This document shows positions 49,502 to 61,100 of a stretch of 64,000 nt of DNA, piece after piece. The number at the start of each line of letters is the position of its first letter. Positions within the stretch are counted from its first letter, which is position 1. Source of the DNA: a virus (taxonomy: Duplodnaviria > Caudoviricetes); IMG/VR virus record IMGVR_UViG_3300048606_000027, positions 3,224 through 67,223 of that record, one strand, 5' to 3'. The translations under genes were made by a program, and so were the position numbers. The notes below the pieces were generated by a model. That model was given only the letters and a program-made list of their open reading frames with translations. It ran no database searches and was not told the origin of the DNA.

Positions 49502-50251
49502 ATGAGCGCGCTCGATTACTTCTCGCTCCGGGACACGCTGGTCGCGACACTCTCGCAGGCGCCATACCCCTATGTCGTGCTGCCGGACGACTTCAACACG
49601 CTCTACCCGCAAGCGATTACCTATGCCGAGGGCCGCATTTACAAAGACCTCGTGATGCTGGCGACGCGCACGGTGGATACGTCGCTGATCACGGTCAGCG
49701 GCACGCGATCGGTGGACCTGAACGCGATGACGCCGAACAAGATCATCGTTCCCGAGGGCTTCGCGCTCCTTACGCCAGCCGGATCGACACGCCAGACCGG
49801 GACGCAAACGCCGTTCGATGAAGCGTCTCTGGACACCATCGATCAGTTCTGGCCGACGATCGCGACCACGATGGGCCCGGCCGACGCGGACAATATCGGG
49901 CGTTACTGGGCATTGCAGGACGATCATACGCTGGTGTTCAGCCCGACTCCGGATGCCGCCTATACCGCCGTCGTGACGGGATTGTTTCAACCGGTATCGT
50001 TGAGTGAAACGAACACGAGCACGTATTTGTCCGAGGTGTATCCCGAGTTGCTGACTTCCGCCTGCCTTATTTGGCTGTCCGGGGCGCTACTTCGTAATTT
50101 TGGAGCCAGCGCGGACGATCCTCGATCGGCGCTATCGTGGGAAGCCACCTATCAAGCCTTGATGGCAACAGCGAAATACGAAGAAGCGCGCCGTCGCGGT
50201 CTCGTGGTCCCTGATGCGCCGCGTCCCGCTCCGGCACAGGCGGCTGGCTAA
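49502..50251 (+). CDS. Head-tail adaptor-like protein
   Basis: AEGRIYKDL...FSPTPDAAY...TYLSEVYPELL.SACL. Confidence 0.6.
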   Translation: MSALDYFSLRDTLVATLSQAPYPYVVLPDDFNTLYPQAITYAEGRIYKDLVMLATRTVDTSLITVSGTRSVDLNAMTPNKIIVPEGFALLTPAGSTRQTGTQTPFDEASLDTIDQFWPTIATTMGPADADNIGRYWALQDDHTLVFSPTPDAAYTAVVTGLFQPVSLSETNTSTYLSEVYPELLTSACLIWLSGALLRNFGASADDPRSALSWEATYQALMATAKYEEARRRGLVVPDAPRPAPAQAAG

Positions 50252-51702
50252 TGGCGAATGCCTCGCTCGCGGTTAAACCCGGTGTCGATACCCAGGGAAC
50301 TCCGCTGCAAGTTTCTGGCACGGGGATCACACAATCGAGTTTGATCCGATTTAAGAACAATTACACCCAAAAGCTCGGCGGCTGCACACGCCTGATCAAT
50401 GACCGGTTCACCGGCATCGCCTCGTTTCTGCTGCCGTGGGCCGCGTTGAACGGCACCGAATACGTCGGCATCGGCACATCGCGGGCGTTGCAACTCGTCG
50501 CCGGCGGAACGATCGTGGACATCACCCCCATCGGTGGCGTGGGTTCCGGAGACTGGTCGCTCGACAAATGGGGCGAGGACCTGGTTGGAGCGCCAGCCGG
50601 CGGCACGGTCTACATCTGGATGCCTCCGGTCGCGCCGGGCAATATCGCGACTCCGGTCACGAACGCGCCTCCCGTGGTGAACGGCCTGGTTGTCGCCGCG
50701 CCGGCGCAGCAGATCATCACCTGGGGTGCCTACTCTGTCACCCTTGGCGCGCAAGACCCGATGCTGGTTAAGTGGAACGATGTGTCGAACCTGACGGTCT
50801 GGACCGCCGCCGTGAATAACCAGGCCGGGAGTTTCCGCATCCCGAACGGCTCGAAAATCGAGGCGATCCTGTGGTTCGGCCTGTCCGGACTGCTTTGGAC
50901 CGATCTCGATCTTTGGTCGATGACCTATTCCGGCTTCCCGCTGATCTACGGCTTCAACAAGATCGCGCCGAACGCGGGTCTGATCGCGCGCCGGGCCGTC
51001 GCCGCGGTGGGCACGCGCATCGCCTGGATGGCGCAAAACGACTTCTTTCTGTTCGCTGGCGGTCAGGCGCAACCAATGACCTGCACCGTGCGCGATTTCG
51101 TGTTCAACAACCTGGACCGCGATTTCACCGACGCCATTCATGCCGATGCCAACACATACTTCGATGAGATCATGTGGCGGTTTCCGACGATCGGAAGTTG
51201 CGGCTGCTGCGACGGCTACGTGAAGTGGAACGCGACCGAGGACAAGTGGGACTATGGGTTCGGCGCCCCGATCATCTCGGCATGGTCTGATCAGTCCGTC
51301 ATCGGCGCGCCGATCGGTTCGGACTCCGAGGGATTGATCCAGCAGTTCGAAACGGCGATCGACTTCGATGGCGAAGTGCTCCGGAGCTTCTTCGAGACGG
51401 GATGGTTTCAATTGTCCGAGGGCCAGGAATTCCTGTTCCTGGAACGCATCCTGCCGGACTTCCGGTTGAATGGTGGGGGGGAGGTGCGGATCACGGTCAC
51501 CGTGGCGGATGAGATCGCCCAGGATGACATCGACTTCCCGGTCCGGGTCTATGGTCCCTACACGGTCACACAGCGAACGCCTTACATCGTCGTGCGCGCG
51601 CGGGGGCGTGTCGCGAAGGTGCTGATCGAAAGTGTCGCGCCGAACACGTTCTGGCGCTACGGCAAGCCGCTCGCCGTCGTTTCGGTTGACGGGCGGCGCT
51701 GA
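50251..51702 (+). CDS. Tail nozzle / packaged-DNA stabilisation protein (P22 gp10-like)
   Basis: 483-aa beta-propeller-like protein; DPMLVKWND..W..AGSFRI. Confidence 0.65.
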   Translation: MANASLAVKPGVDTQGTPLQVSGTGITQSSLIRFKNNYTQKLGGCTRLINDRFTGIASFLLPWAALNGTEYVGIGTSRALQLVAGGTIVDITPIGGVGSGDWSLDKWGEDLVGAPAGGTVYIWMPPVAPGNIATPVTNAPPVVNGLVVAAPAQQIITWGAYSVTLGAQDPMLVKWNDVSNLTVWTAAVNNQAGSFRIPNGSKIEAILWFGLSGLLWTDLDLWSMTYSGFPLIYGFNKIAPNAGLIARRAVAAVGTRIAWMAQNDFFLFAGGQAQPMTCTVRDFVFNNLDRDFTDAIHADANTYFDEIMWRFPTIGSCGCCDGYVKWNATEDKWDYGFGAPIISAWSDQSVIGAPIGSDSEGLIQQFETAIDFDGEVLRSFFETGWFQLSEGQEFLFLERILPDFRLNGGGEVRITVTVADEIAQDDIDFPVRVYGPYTVTQRTPYIVVRARGRVAKVLIESVAPNTFWRYGKPLAVVSVDGRR

Positions 51703-53060
<1,358 letters not shown>

Positions 53061-53085
53061 TGGCGTCTCCGCGTGGAGAGGCCTT

Positions 53086-53931
53086 ATGCACAATCCCATG
53101 ATTTCCATTCTGATCCCCGAGCGCGGCCGTCCGGCGATGCTGCGGCGGCTGATTGATAGTTTGTTCTGGCATGCACGCGGCGATCAGGGCTTCGAGGTTT
53201 TGGTGGCGATCGACGATGACGATCCCGCATGGCCTGAGCCTTTGGATGATTTAAGAGTGAGAGTATTTGTATGGCCAAGGCCAATTACCTTAGGGGTGAA
53301 GCTGAACCAACTGGCAGCTGAGGCAAGAGGGGGAATAATTCAATTCCTTGGCAACGATCAACGAATGGAGACGCCAGACTGGCCCACTCGGATGCGCGAG
53401 GGTGTGGCGCGTCTGCCGGATGGCATAGGCGTGCCGTTCCTCAACTCTACTCTCAGTCCAGGCGAACCGACCTATCCCGTCATCACGCGGCAGATGATGA
53501 ATATTGTCGGTTACTTTATGGAGCCCACGTATAGTTTTTGGTTTATAGATACGCATTGGGGAGAATGCGGCCGTTTGCTTAATCAGTTGTTTGTAATCGA
53601 TGTAACGGTATCTCCTCAGGAGGGTTCCGGATTAACCCACGGTATGATTGATCTTTCCTTCTGGGTGCATTATTTCGAGGCCATGAGGCCAAGACGCGTG
53701 CGTGACGCGATGAAACTGGCCTGCGCCGCATACCGGGGAGATAGTGTTCAGGCCATGGATGTAATGAGTAACCTGTCAGCGCGCATCGAGGTCTGTAAGC
53801 AGCGGACTGCTCATCTATCCACCGAATGGTTTTTAGTTCGGTGGGGAGGCAATGCGGAATCCCCTCCTTCCCCCCGATATCATGAAGCCAAGGCGAATGC
53901 CGAGCGGATTTTGGTGACGCGCTGTGACTGA
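53086..53931 (+). CDS. Glycosyltransferase (GT2/GT-A fold)
   Basis: ISILIPERGRP..L..LI.SL..EVLVAIDDDD..LNQLAAEARG..IQFLGND. Confidence 0.75.
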   Translation: MHNPMISILIPERGRPAMLRRLIDSLFWHARGDQGFEVLVAIDDDDPAWPEPLDDLRVRVFVWPRPITLGVKLNQLAAEARGGIIQFLGNDQRMETPDWPTRMREGVARLPDGIGVPFLNSTLSPGEPTYPVITRQMMNIVGYFMEPTYSFWFIDTHWGECGRLLNQLFVIDVTVSPQEGSGLTHGMIDLSFWVHYFEAMRPRRVRDAMKLACAAYRGDSVQAMDVMSNLSARIEVCKQRTAHLSTEWFLVRWGGNAESPPSPRYHEAKANAERILVTRCD

Positions 53932-54715
53932 CGGCCTTCGCCTGTCAGGCGTTTATTCTATCCGCAACAAGGTGTTGGGGTTGCAATACGTGGGATCGAC
54001 GATGGTATTCATCCGAAGATGGAACCTTCATAAGCGCGAACTGAAGGAAAACAGACACCATTCCCGACGGTTACAAAAGGCATGGAATACGCATGGTCCC
54101 GATGCCTTTGAGTGGATTATTTTGGAAGTGGTGGCATGTGAAAGTTTGATCGAACGCGAGCAACACTGGATAGACTTCTTTCGATCTGCTGAACCACGAA
54201 TGGGCTATAATATAGCAACTAAAGCCGGATGCCCTCCAAGCCCCATGGGACTGAAACGAAGTGCGGAAATGAAGGCGAAGATTGCCGCCTCTCACATTGG
54301 CATCAGGCCAAACGAGGAAGCGAGAGCAAAAATGCGCGCGGCCGCAGCCAAGAGGATATTCTCAGATGAGACGCGGGCCAGAATGAGCGCCGCCGGGAAA
54401 GCCTGTTTCCGAGGATACAACAAGGGCAAGATTATGTCCGCCGAACAGAAAGCAAAGATCGGTGCTGCGGGGAAAGGCAGGAGGCACACGGAAGCGACCA
54501 AACAAAAACTCAGAGAGCAAAGAATTGGGCGCAAACTATCCCCTGAACATGTTGCGGCGGTTGTCGCCGGACACCTCGCCTCTGGCGCGGCAAGAACAGC
54601 AAATATTCGCCGATGGGCTGCGATGACACCTGAGCGGAGGGCAGAAATAGGACGAAACATCTCCGCTGGTCGCATGGCGAAAAGACTAGCCACTCAGGAG
54701 GGCGTATCGCCATGA
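53924..54715 (+). CDS. GIY-YIG homing endonuclease with NUMOD3-like repeats
   Basis: SGVYSIRN...YVGST..RW..H..L..H.S..LQ.AWN.HG..F.W.ILE; HTEATKQKL repeats. Confidence 0.9.
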   Translation: MTDGLRLSGVYSIRNKVLGLQYVGSTMVFIRRWNLHKRELKENRHHSRRLQKAWNTHGPDAFEWIILEVVACESLIEREQHWIDFFRSAEPRMGYNIATKAGCPPSPMGLKRSAEMKAKIAASHIGIRPNEEARAKMRAAAAKRIFSDETRARMSAAGKACFRGYNKGKIMSAEQKAKIGAAGKGRRHTEATKQKLREQRIGRKLSPEHVAAVVAGHLASGAARTANIRRWAAMTPERRAEIGRNISAGRMAKRLATQEGVSP

Positions 54716-55809
54716 GTCGTCCACCCATCTGCCTTTGCATGATTGTCCGCGACGAGGCCCGCGTGATCCGCCGTCTCTTGGACAGCGTGCGCCCGATCAT
54801 CGACACCTGGCTGATCGTCGATACCGGATCGACCGATGGCACGCAGGACATCATCCGCGAGCACATGCGGGACATCCCTGGCGAACTGGTCGAACGTCCT
54901 TGGGTGGACTTCGCGCACAACCGTTGCGAGGCCCTGACACTCGCCCGTCCCATGGCGGATTACTCGCTGATGATGGACGCCGACGATCCGCTGGCGATCG
55001 CCGCGGACTTCGCGATGCCGAACCTGACCGCGGACCACTACACGCTGGACATCGCGAACGCTGGCACGCGGTATCGACGCACGCAGCTTGTCAAGAACAC
55101 GATCCCTTGGCGCTACCGCGGCGTTCTGCATGAGTTCCTGGAGGGTCCGGGATCAGGGCCGAGCGAGCACCTGCCGGGCCTCACGATCCGTTGCGATAAT
55201 GACGGCGCGCGGCGGCACGATCCCCAGACCTACGCCAAAGACGCGGAAGTGCTGCAACAGGCGCTTTTTACCGAAACCGATCCACTGCTGATCTCGCGTT
55301 ACACGTTCTATCTGGCGCAATCGTGCCGAGACGCCGGACAGACGGCGAAAGCGATTTATTTTTACCGGGCGCGGGTCGAACTGGGCGGTTGGCCGGAGGA
55401 AGTCTGGCGCGCGAAGTTGGAAGAGGCGCGCTGCTATCGAGGGATGGAACGCTGGCCGGAGTTCATCGCCGCCGCTCTGGCCGCGTATCAGTTGCGACCG
55501 TCTCGCGCCGAATCTCTCTATGATCTAACCAAACATCATCGCGAGCGTGGCGAATTGGCTCTGGCCGCGTTGTTCTGCGAACGTGGTATGGGCATCCCCT
55601 ATCCGGCCGACGATTCCCTGTTCATCGAAGGCTATCCTTATTCGGTCGGGTTCGCTGAAGAATACTCAATCATTGGCTACTATCTTGACCCGGCGCGGCG
55701 CGAGATTGGCCATAAGGCGTGCCAGAAACTAGCTGAGCATCCGAGCGTTCCGCCAGCAACACGGAAACTGGCCCGAAGCAATCTGGTATATTATGAGCGC
55801 GCGGCGTAG
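54712..55809 (+). CDS. GT2 glycosyltransferase with TPR-like C-terminus
   Basis: ICLCMIVRDEARVI.RLLDSV..IVDTGSTDGT..FAHNR..MDADD; RYTFYLAQS.RDAG helical repeats. Confidence 0.85.
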   Translation: MSRPPICLCMIVRDEARVIRRLLDSVRPIIDTWLIVDTGSTDGTQDIIREHMRDIPGELVERPWVDFAHNRCEALTLARPMADYSLMMDADDPLAIAADFAMPNLTADHYTLDIANAGTRYRRTQLVKNTIPWRYRGVLHEFLEGPGSGPSEHLPGLTIRCDNDGARRHDPQTYAKDAEVLQQALFTETDPLLISRYTFYLAQSCRDAGQTAKAIYFYRARVELGGWPEEVWRAKLEEARCYRGMERWPEFIAAALAAYQLRPSRAESLYDLTKHHRERGELALAALFCERGMGIPYPADDSLFIEGYPYSVGFAEEYSIIGYYLDPARREIGHKACQKLAEHPSVPPATRKLARSNLVYYERAA

Positions 55810-55839
55810 TGCTATGGAAATAGGCACGGGAGCAACGTA

Positions 55840-57378
55840 ATGCCTTGGTCCGGATCATCGTTTGCCAAGAAAAACCATAGCCTTGATCCGAGGCAGGCCA
55901 GTCATGCCGCGCGCATCGCCAATGCCGTGCTGAAACAGAGCGGCGACGAAGGTCTGGGGATCGCCGTCGCGAACAAATTCTTCCAGAAACACGACGCTGG
56001 CGGCGGTATCGACGTTGACGAGGCCGCCGATGAATATCGCCGATCGCGCGGTGATTGGAGCGACCGCGTTGGTAGCGGCTATGACCCTGGCGACGCGATG
56101 AACACCAATGCCTATGTGCCCGGTTCGGCGGATCGGCACATCATGCGCAAGGCGCCGCCTCCCCGCGACAACAAGGCCACACTGGAACTGGCCAAGGGCG
56201 GCGCGGCCGGCCGATACGACGATGGTGGCGAGGTGGAAGATGGTCCGCCAGACCTGACAGACCAATATAACACACGACTATCGCCGGATCAGGAGACCGC
56301 ATTCCAACGAACGCCGTATGCGCGGGACGTGTATGATTACGATGCGCGCGGCGAGTTTCTGGCTGGGCAGAATCGTGACAATCCTACCGGCCACGGAACG
56401 GACACTTTCAAGAAACCGAACCACCCGACATTCAGCACCAACTCGCGGTATCACGGCGCGGACGGCCATGAGGGCGGCGTCTGGACGGAGATGGAGGGAG
56501 GTCGCTGGCGGTTCACGCCATCACCGACCAACCTCCGAATGACGCGGCCGGAGGCGCTGCGACGTTACTTTCAGGAACGGGAGCAAGGTAACGAACTGGT
56601 CCTTCCCCAACAAGCGAGAGGCGGCATCGTGGGGTATGACGAAGGTGGAGAGGTCGGCGGCATTGCCCCATCCAACGCCACGGCCAATCCGCAGACGCAG
56701 GGTATGATCCAGCGCTACTCGTCGATGCCGCAAGAGAAGCTGGCGCAGCTCGCCGTGATGATGGGCGGCTCGCCGCAGGGTCGCGTCATCCAGCAAATCC
56801 TCGCCCAAAAGCGAACGCAGCCGCAGGAGCAAAGCCGGGGCGGTGTGACGCGGCGCGCGATCGGTGGCCAGATGTCCATGCCGCAATGGTCCCGCACGCA
56901 GCAGGCCCAGGAGGTCAGCGGCCGTGGCGCCTCGGGATACCTGCACGGGTCAACGCCAGGGCGCGCGGACGCGATCCTGACCACGGCGCCTGGGGGAAGC
57001 CATGTCGTGCCCAGCGATGTTTTGGGAGGTCTGGGCGAAGGCAACAGCGCCGCCGGCGCGAAGATCATGGAACGCCTCTTGCGCTCCGGACCGCACGGGG
57101 TCGCCATGCCGAAGTCAGGGCGCGGCATGGGCATGCCCCGAGCGCCAGCGCCGTATCGTGAGGTCGCCACCGGTGGCGACGTGGACGATGACGACAATCA
57201 GACGCCGGTCGCTCTGTCGCACGGTGAATTTGTCGTGAGTCCGGAACAGGTCCGTGCCATTGGCGGCGGCGATCTGAAACTCGGTCACAAAATTCTCGAT
57301 GACTGGATCGTCGCCATGCGTAAGCAGATCATCGCGATGATGAAGGCTTTGCCGGGTCCGGTTCGATCGAAGTCATGA
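55840..57378 (+). CDS. Internal virion/ejection-type protein with GG-delimited modules
   Basis: Repeated xxGG motifs; G.TPGRAD.I..S.VVP.DVL..LG.GN..AG; LSHGEFVV. Confidence 0.55.
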   Translation: MPWSGSSFAKKNHSLDPRQASHAARIANAVLKQSGDEGLGIAVANKFFQKHDAGGGIDVDEAADEYRRSRGDWSDRVGSGYDPGDAMNTNAYVPGSADRHIMRKAPPPRDNKATLELAKGGAAGRYDDGGEVEDGPPDLTDQYNTRLSPDQETAFQRTPYARDVYDYDARGEFLAGQNRDNPTGHGTDTFKKPNHPTFSTNSRYHGADGHEGGVWTEMEGGRWRFTPSPTNLRMTRPEALRRYFQEREQGNELVLPQQARGGIVGYDEGGEVGGIAPSNATANPQTQGMIQRYSSMPQEKLAQLAVMMGGSPQGRVIQQILAQKRTQPQEQSRGGVTRRAIGGQMSMPQWSRTQQAQEVSGRGASGYLHGSTPGRADAILTTAPGGSHVVPSDVLGGLGEGNSAAGAKIMERLLRSGPHGVAMPKSGRGMGMPRAPAPYREVATGGDVDDDDNQTPVALSHGEFVVSPEQVRAIGGGDLKLGHKILDDWIVAMRKQIIAMMKALPGPVRSKS

Positions 57379-58115
57379 GCCGTCACTTCGCCCGCACCGA
57401 ACTTGCCGCTGAGCATGTCCGCAGGCTACCCGATGGATCGTGGTCTCTCGCTGGTGGTCACACGGTTTCGGCCGATGGGACGCTGACGCTCGCTGATGGC
57501 TCTCTGGTGGTCTCTCCGGACCATGCCGCGCGGTTCGGCGATGGCAACCCACGGGCCGGACGGGCGCAGTTACGAGCGATGATCTCGGATGCGGCAGACG
57601 GTCGCGCGATCTACAATGGCCCCACGGAACGGCCTGTGACGGTGCGGATCGCCAGCATCGCGGATGAACCTGCCTTGGTCGAATTGATGGTTGTGGACCT
57701 GAAAGAAAACGCGGAGCGGGTGGCATCGATCGACGAAGAGCGTGTTCTGGATCACGTCCAGGGGTGCACGCGTCGACGCGGCGGGGTCTGCGGTGTCATA
57801 GATGGGCCTGATGGAAAACCCGTGGCCGTCGTCATGCTTCAACCGTTTCCTTGGTGGTTTAGTCGGCAGCTATACTACATGGAAATCATGAATTTCGTTC
57901 ACCCCGACCATCGCCGCTCGCGCCATGCCGCTGAATTACTGCAATTCATGCGCTGGTGGTGCGATGCCATATCGAAAGAATTTGGCTATCGATCGTATCT
58001 GCTGTGTGGGGTGCTGACGGCACGAAGGCTCTACGCCAAGAAGCTCCTTTATAAGCGACAATTCGCCGAAGTGGGCGGGGCCTACCTCTATCCTGCCCCA
58101 AACTGGAAAGAATGA
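57375..58115 (+). CDS. GNAT-like acetyltransferase of the ejection module
   Basis: FVHPDHRRSRHAAELL acetyl-CoA-binding-like motif. Confidence 0.55.
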   Translation: MSRHFARTELAAEHVRRLPDGSWSLAGGHTVSADGTLTLADGSLVVSPDHAARFGDGNPRAGRAQLRAMISDAADGRAIYNGPTERPVTVRIASIADEPALVELMVVDLKENAERVASIDEERVLDHVQGCTRRRGGVCGVIDGPDGKPVAVVMLQPFPWWFSRQLYYMEIMNFVHPDHRRSRHAAELLQFMRWWCDAISKEFGYRSYLLCGVLTARRLYAKKLLYKRQFAEVGGAYLYPAPNWKE

Positions 58116-58118
58116 GCC

Positions 58119-61100
58119 ATGTCAGGCGGCGGCGGGACCAACACCACGACTCAAAGCAGCGCTCCTCCAAAGGAGTTCCTTGACGCATACAGCCGAGTTA
58201 ACGCCCAGGCTCAAAACGTAGCCTCCGTTCCCTATGCGCCCTACCCAGGTCAAACCGTCGCCGGATTGTCGCCCGATCAGTTGGGCGCGATGGACACGAT
58301 CCGGAACAGTAGCGGCATCGCGGCCCCATACATCAACGCGGCGGCGGGGCATCTCGATGCGGCGACGGCGCCGATCTGGAATGATCCGAATGTGCAGCAT
58401 TTCTCGCCCGAGGCGGTAAGCCAATACGAGAGCCCGTATACGAACGATGTCGTGAACGCGACAGCGGCGGACTTCAACAACCAGAACGATATCTCCAACC
58501 AGCGCGTGGTCGGCGACGCGATCTCGCGCGGCGCGTGGGGTGGCGATCGTTCGGCGGTGGCGCAGGCGATCAACGAAGGCCAGAACACGCGGACCCAGGC
58601 GCCGGTGCTCGCCGGGTTGCGCGACAAGGGCTACTCGCAGGCGCTGCAGCAGTTCAACACGCAGCAGGGCGCGCAGCTTGGCGCCACGCAGGCGCAGCGG
58701 TGGCTGGACAGCCAGGCAGCGTCGGGGTTCGGCGCTCTGGGTCAGGAGGCGCTTGGCACGACACTGACCGGGGCGCAGGCGCAACTGGGCATCGGTGGCC
58801 TGGAACAGACGCAGGCGCAGGCCGAACTAAACGTGCCCTACCAGCAATACCTCGCGGCGCAGGGGTATCCGTTCCAAACGACGGGATGGCTGGCGAACAT
58901 CGCCCAAGGGCTCGGCGGCGCGTCGGGTGGAACGGGAACTTCGACTTCGCCGGGACCGAGTGTGGCATCGCAGTATGGCGGTCTCGCGACGGCGGGCGTG
59001 GGGCTGGCTGGCCAGATGGGCGCGTTCGATAGTTGGGGTGGAGGCTCCGGGTGGAACGCTGGCGGTAGCGCTGGCGGCGGTGGCGGCATAGAGGGCTTCA
59101 CAGCCGGGGCATCCGGCGGTGCCATCCCGCATCGGGCCGGGGGCGGCAGTCTCGGCCTCGCCGATATCCCCGACCTGAGCGTCTCCGTGATCCCCGGATC
59201 GACCGGACTGGGCGCGGCGCCCGCGTCGCATGGGCAGTCGAATATCCTGAAGAATTACGGCCAGACATCGACCTCGACGCAAGAGAATGCCGACAGTGAC
59301 TTTGGTAGCCTGTTGAAAACGGCTGGGATGATTGCCACGGCGATTTATGCGCCTTACGCTCTACCAGCGGCGTCGGCCTTCAACTCCAGTGTGCACTTCG
59401 GGCGAGGCGGCGGTATCGGCCCCATGCGGCGCGACGGTGGCGGCAACATCCCTTCTGTCACGCTACAGGACAGCGCCCATGGCGGGATCGCGGTGCCGCA
59501 GTTGAATTTCACCGGCGATGCGCCGGGCGGTGCCGGCGGTGGCATCGCGCCTTCGGTGTCCGATTACTTCGCCTCGCAGCGCGCGGGACAATCGTTCGCT
59601 CCGCCGCCGATGTATGTGCCACCTCCGGCACCTGTCGCGCCCGCTGGCGGGATGAACGGCGTTCCCGAGATCGGACCGTCCGGTTGGCCGATTTACGATC
59701 CCGACCATCCTGTTTTTCCGTCGGAAAGCCGCGAGACCGGAGCGGTTTATGGGAACAACGCCGGGAGCAGCGCGGACAATGGCTGGCGCGGCGGTGCCAT
59801 CGGCCGAGAAGATGGCGGCTTCATTCCCTCCGAAGCACCCGATCCGAACGGTTCCGTCTGGACGCCAGATCCGGAAGAGCCGGAGGAAGCCGCTGATATT
59901 CTGGGCTTCACTGGCACCGGCCCGTCCATTCCAGGCGGCGGTCTGACGGCGGAAGGGGAGCCTAAGGTATCAGCGGCGGGTGACGGCCCGTCCAACAAAG
60001 TGCCAATCACGCATGCCGTCGGCTATATCCCGCCACCCGAGAAATACGCGCCTCTGGTGCAGGCCGCGGCGGAAAAGCACGGAGTCGATCCGAAGCAACT
60101 GGCATGGCTGATCTCGCGCGAATCAGGCTGGAACCCGAAGGCTTACAATCCTGCCTCTGGCACCATGGGACTGGGCCAGTTCAAGGCGGCGACAGCGCGG
60201 GAGGTTGGGATTGATCCGTGGGACCCAGCACAGGCGATCGACGGTAGCGCCGCCTATTTGCGCAAGATGCTGAACAAGACGGGCGGTGACTATGAGCGCG
60301 CGATCGGTCGTTACGGCACATTCTCAACTTGGCAGGGAGCGGGCGCCGATTCGGCGGTGCGGCGGCAATATCACCAGTTCATGGGTGCGGCGCGCGGTGA
60401 TGGGATCATGGCAAGGGCAGATGGTGGCGATCTGCCTTACGGCCCGGACCTTCCTGAATCATTCGATGGCGAAGCCGCCGCTCCTCCCTACGGTCCTGAT
60501 CTGCCAGAACCGTTCGACACCGATGACGGCCCATTGCCGGTTCGGCCAATTCCACCGCGCGATGGCGGGATCGCCGTGAACTCTGGTGCCAGCGACCTTC
60601 CATCGCCACCTCCCTCGCCAACGGAAAGCCCCGGCATCGCCGCCGAAGATGGGGCCTCAGATGGTTCGACGCGATCGAAAATCCCCTGGAACACGATCAT
60701 GAACGTCGGCCTCGGCATTATGTCCGGCACATCGCCGCACGCGTTGACCAACGTGGGACGCGGCGCGCTGACCGGCATTCAGATGGCGGACAAGCAGAAG
60801 GCGGCGACTGAAACGGCGGCTCTGAAGCGCGAGCAACAGAAGTATTTGGCGATGGAGCGGAAGGCGCGGGCGGCGCTGACGGAGGCTAAGACGGCCAACG
60901 AGCCGATCAAGTCGTTGCAGGCGGATCGAAAGCTGGATATCGCGGAGGGACTGGGCAATCGCAAGTTGGACCAAAGCGGCCCGCTGAACGCAGCACGGGC
61001 CGAGTATCTCCAATGGAAGTCCGGTCCCGGTGCCGCGGCGAGTCTGGCGATGCAACAGGCCAAGCTGGATGAGATCGCCCGGCATCATGGCGTGACGGAA

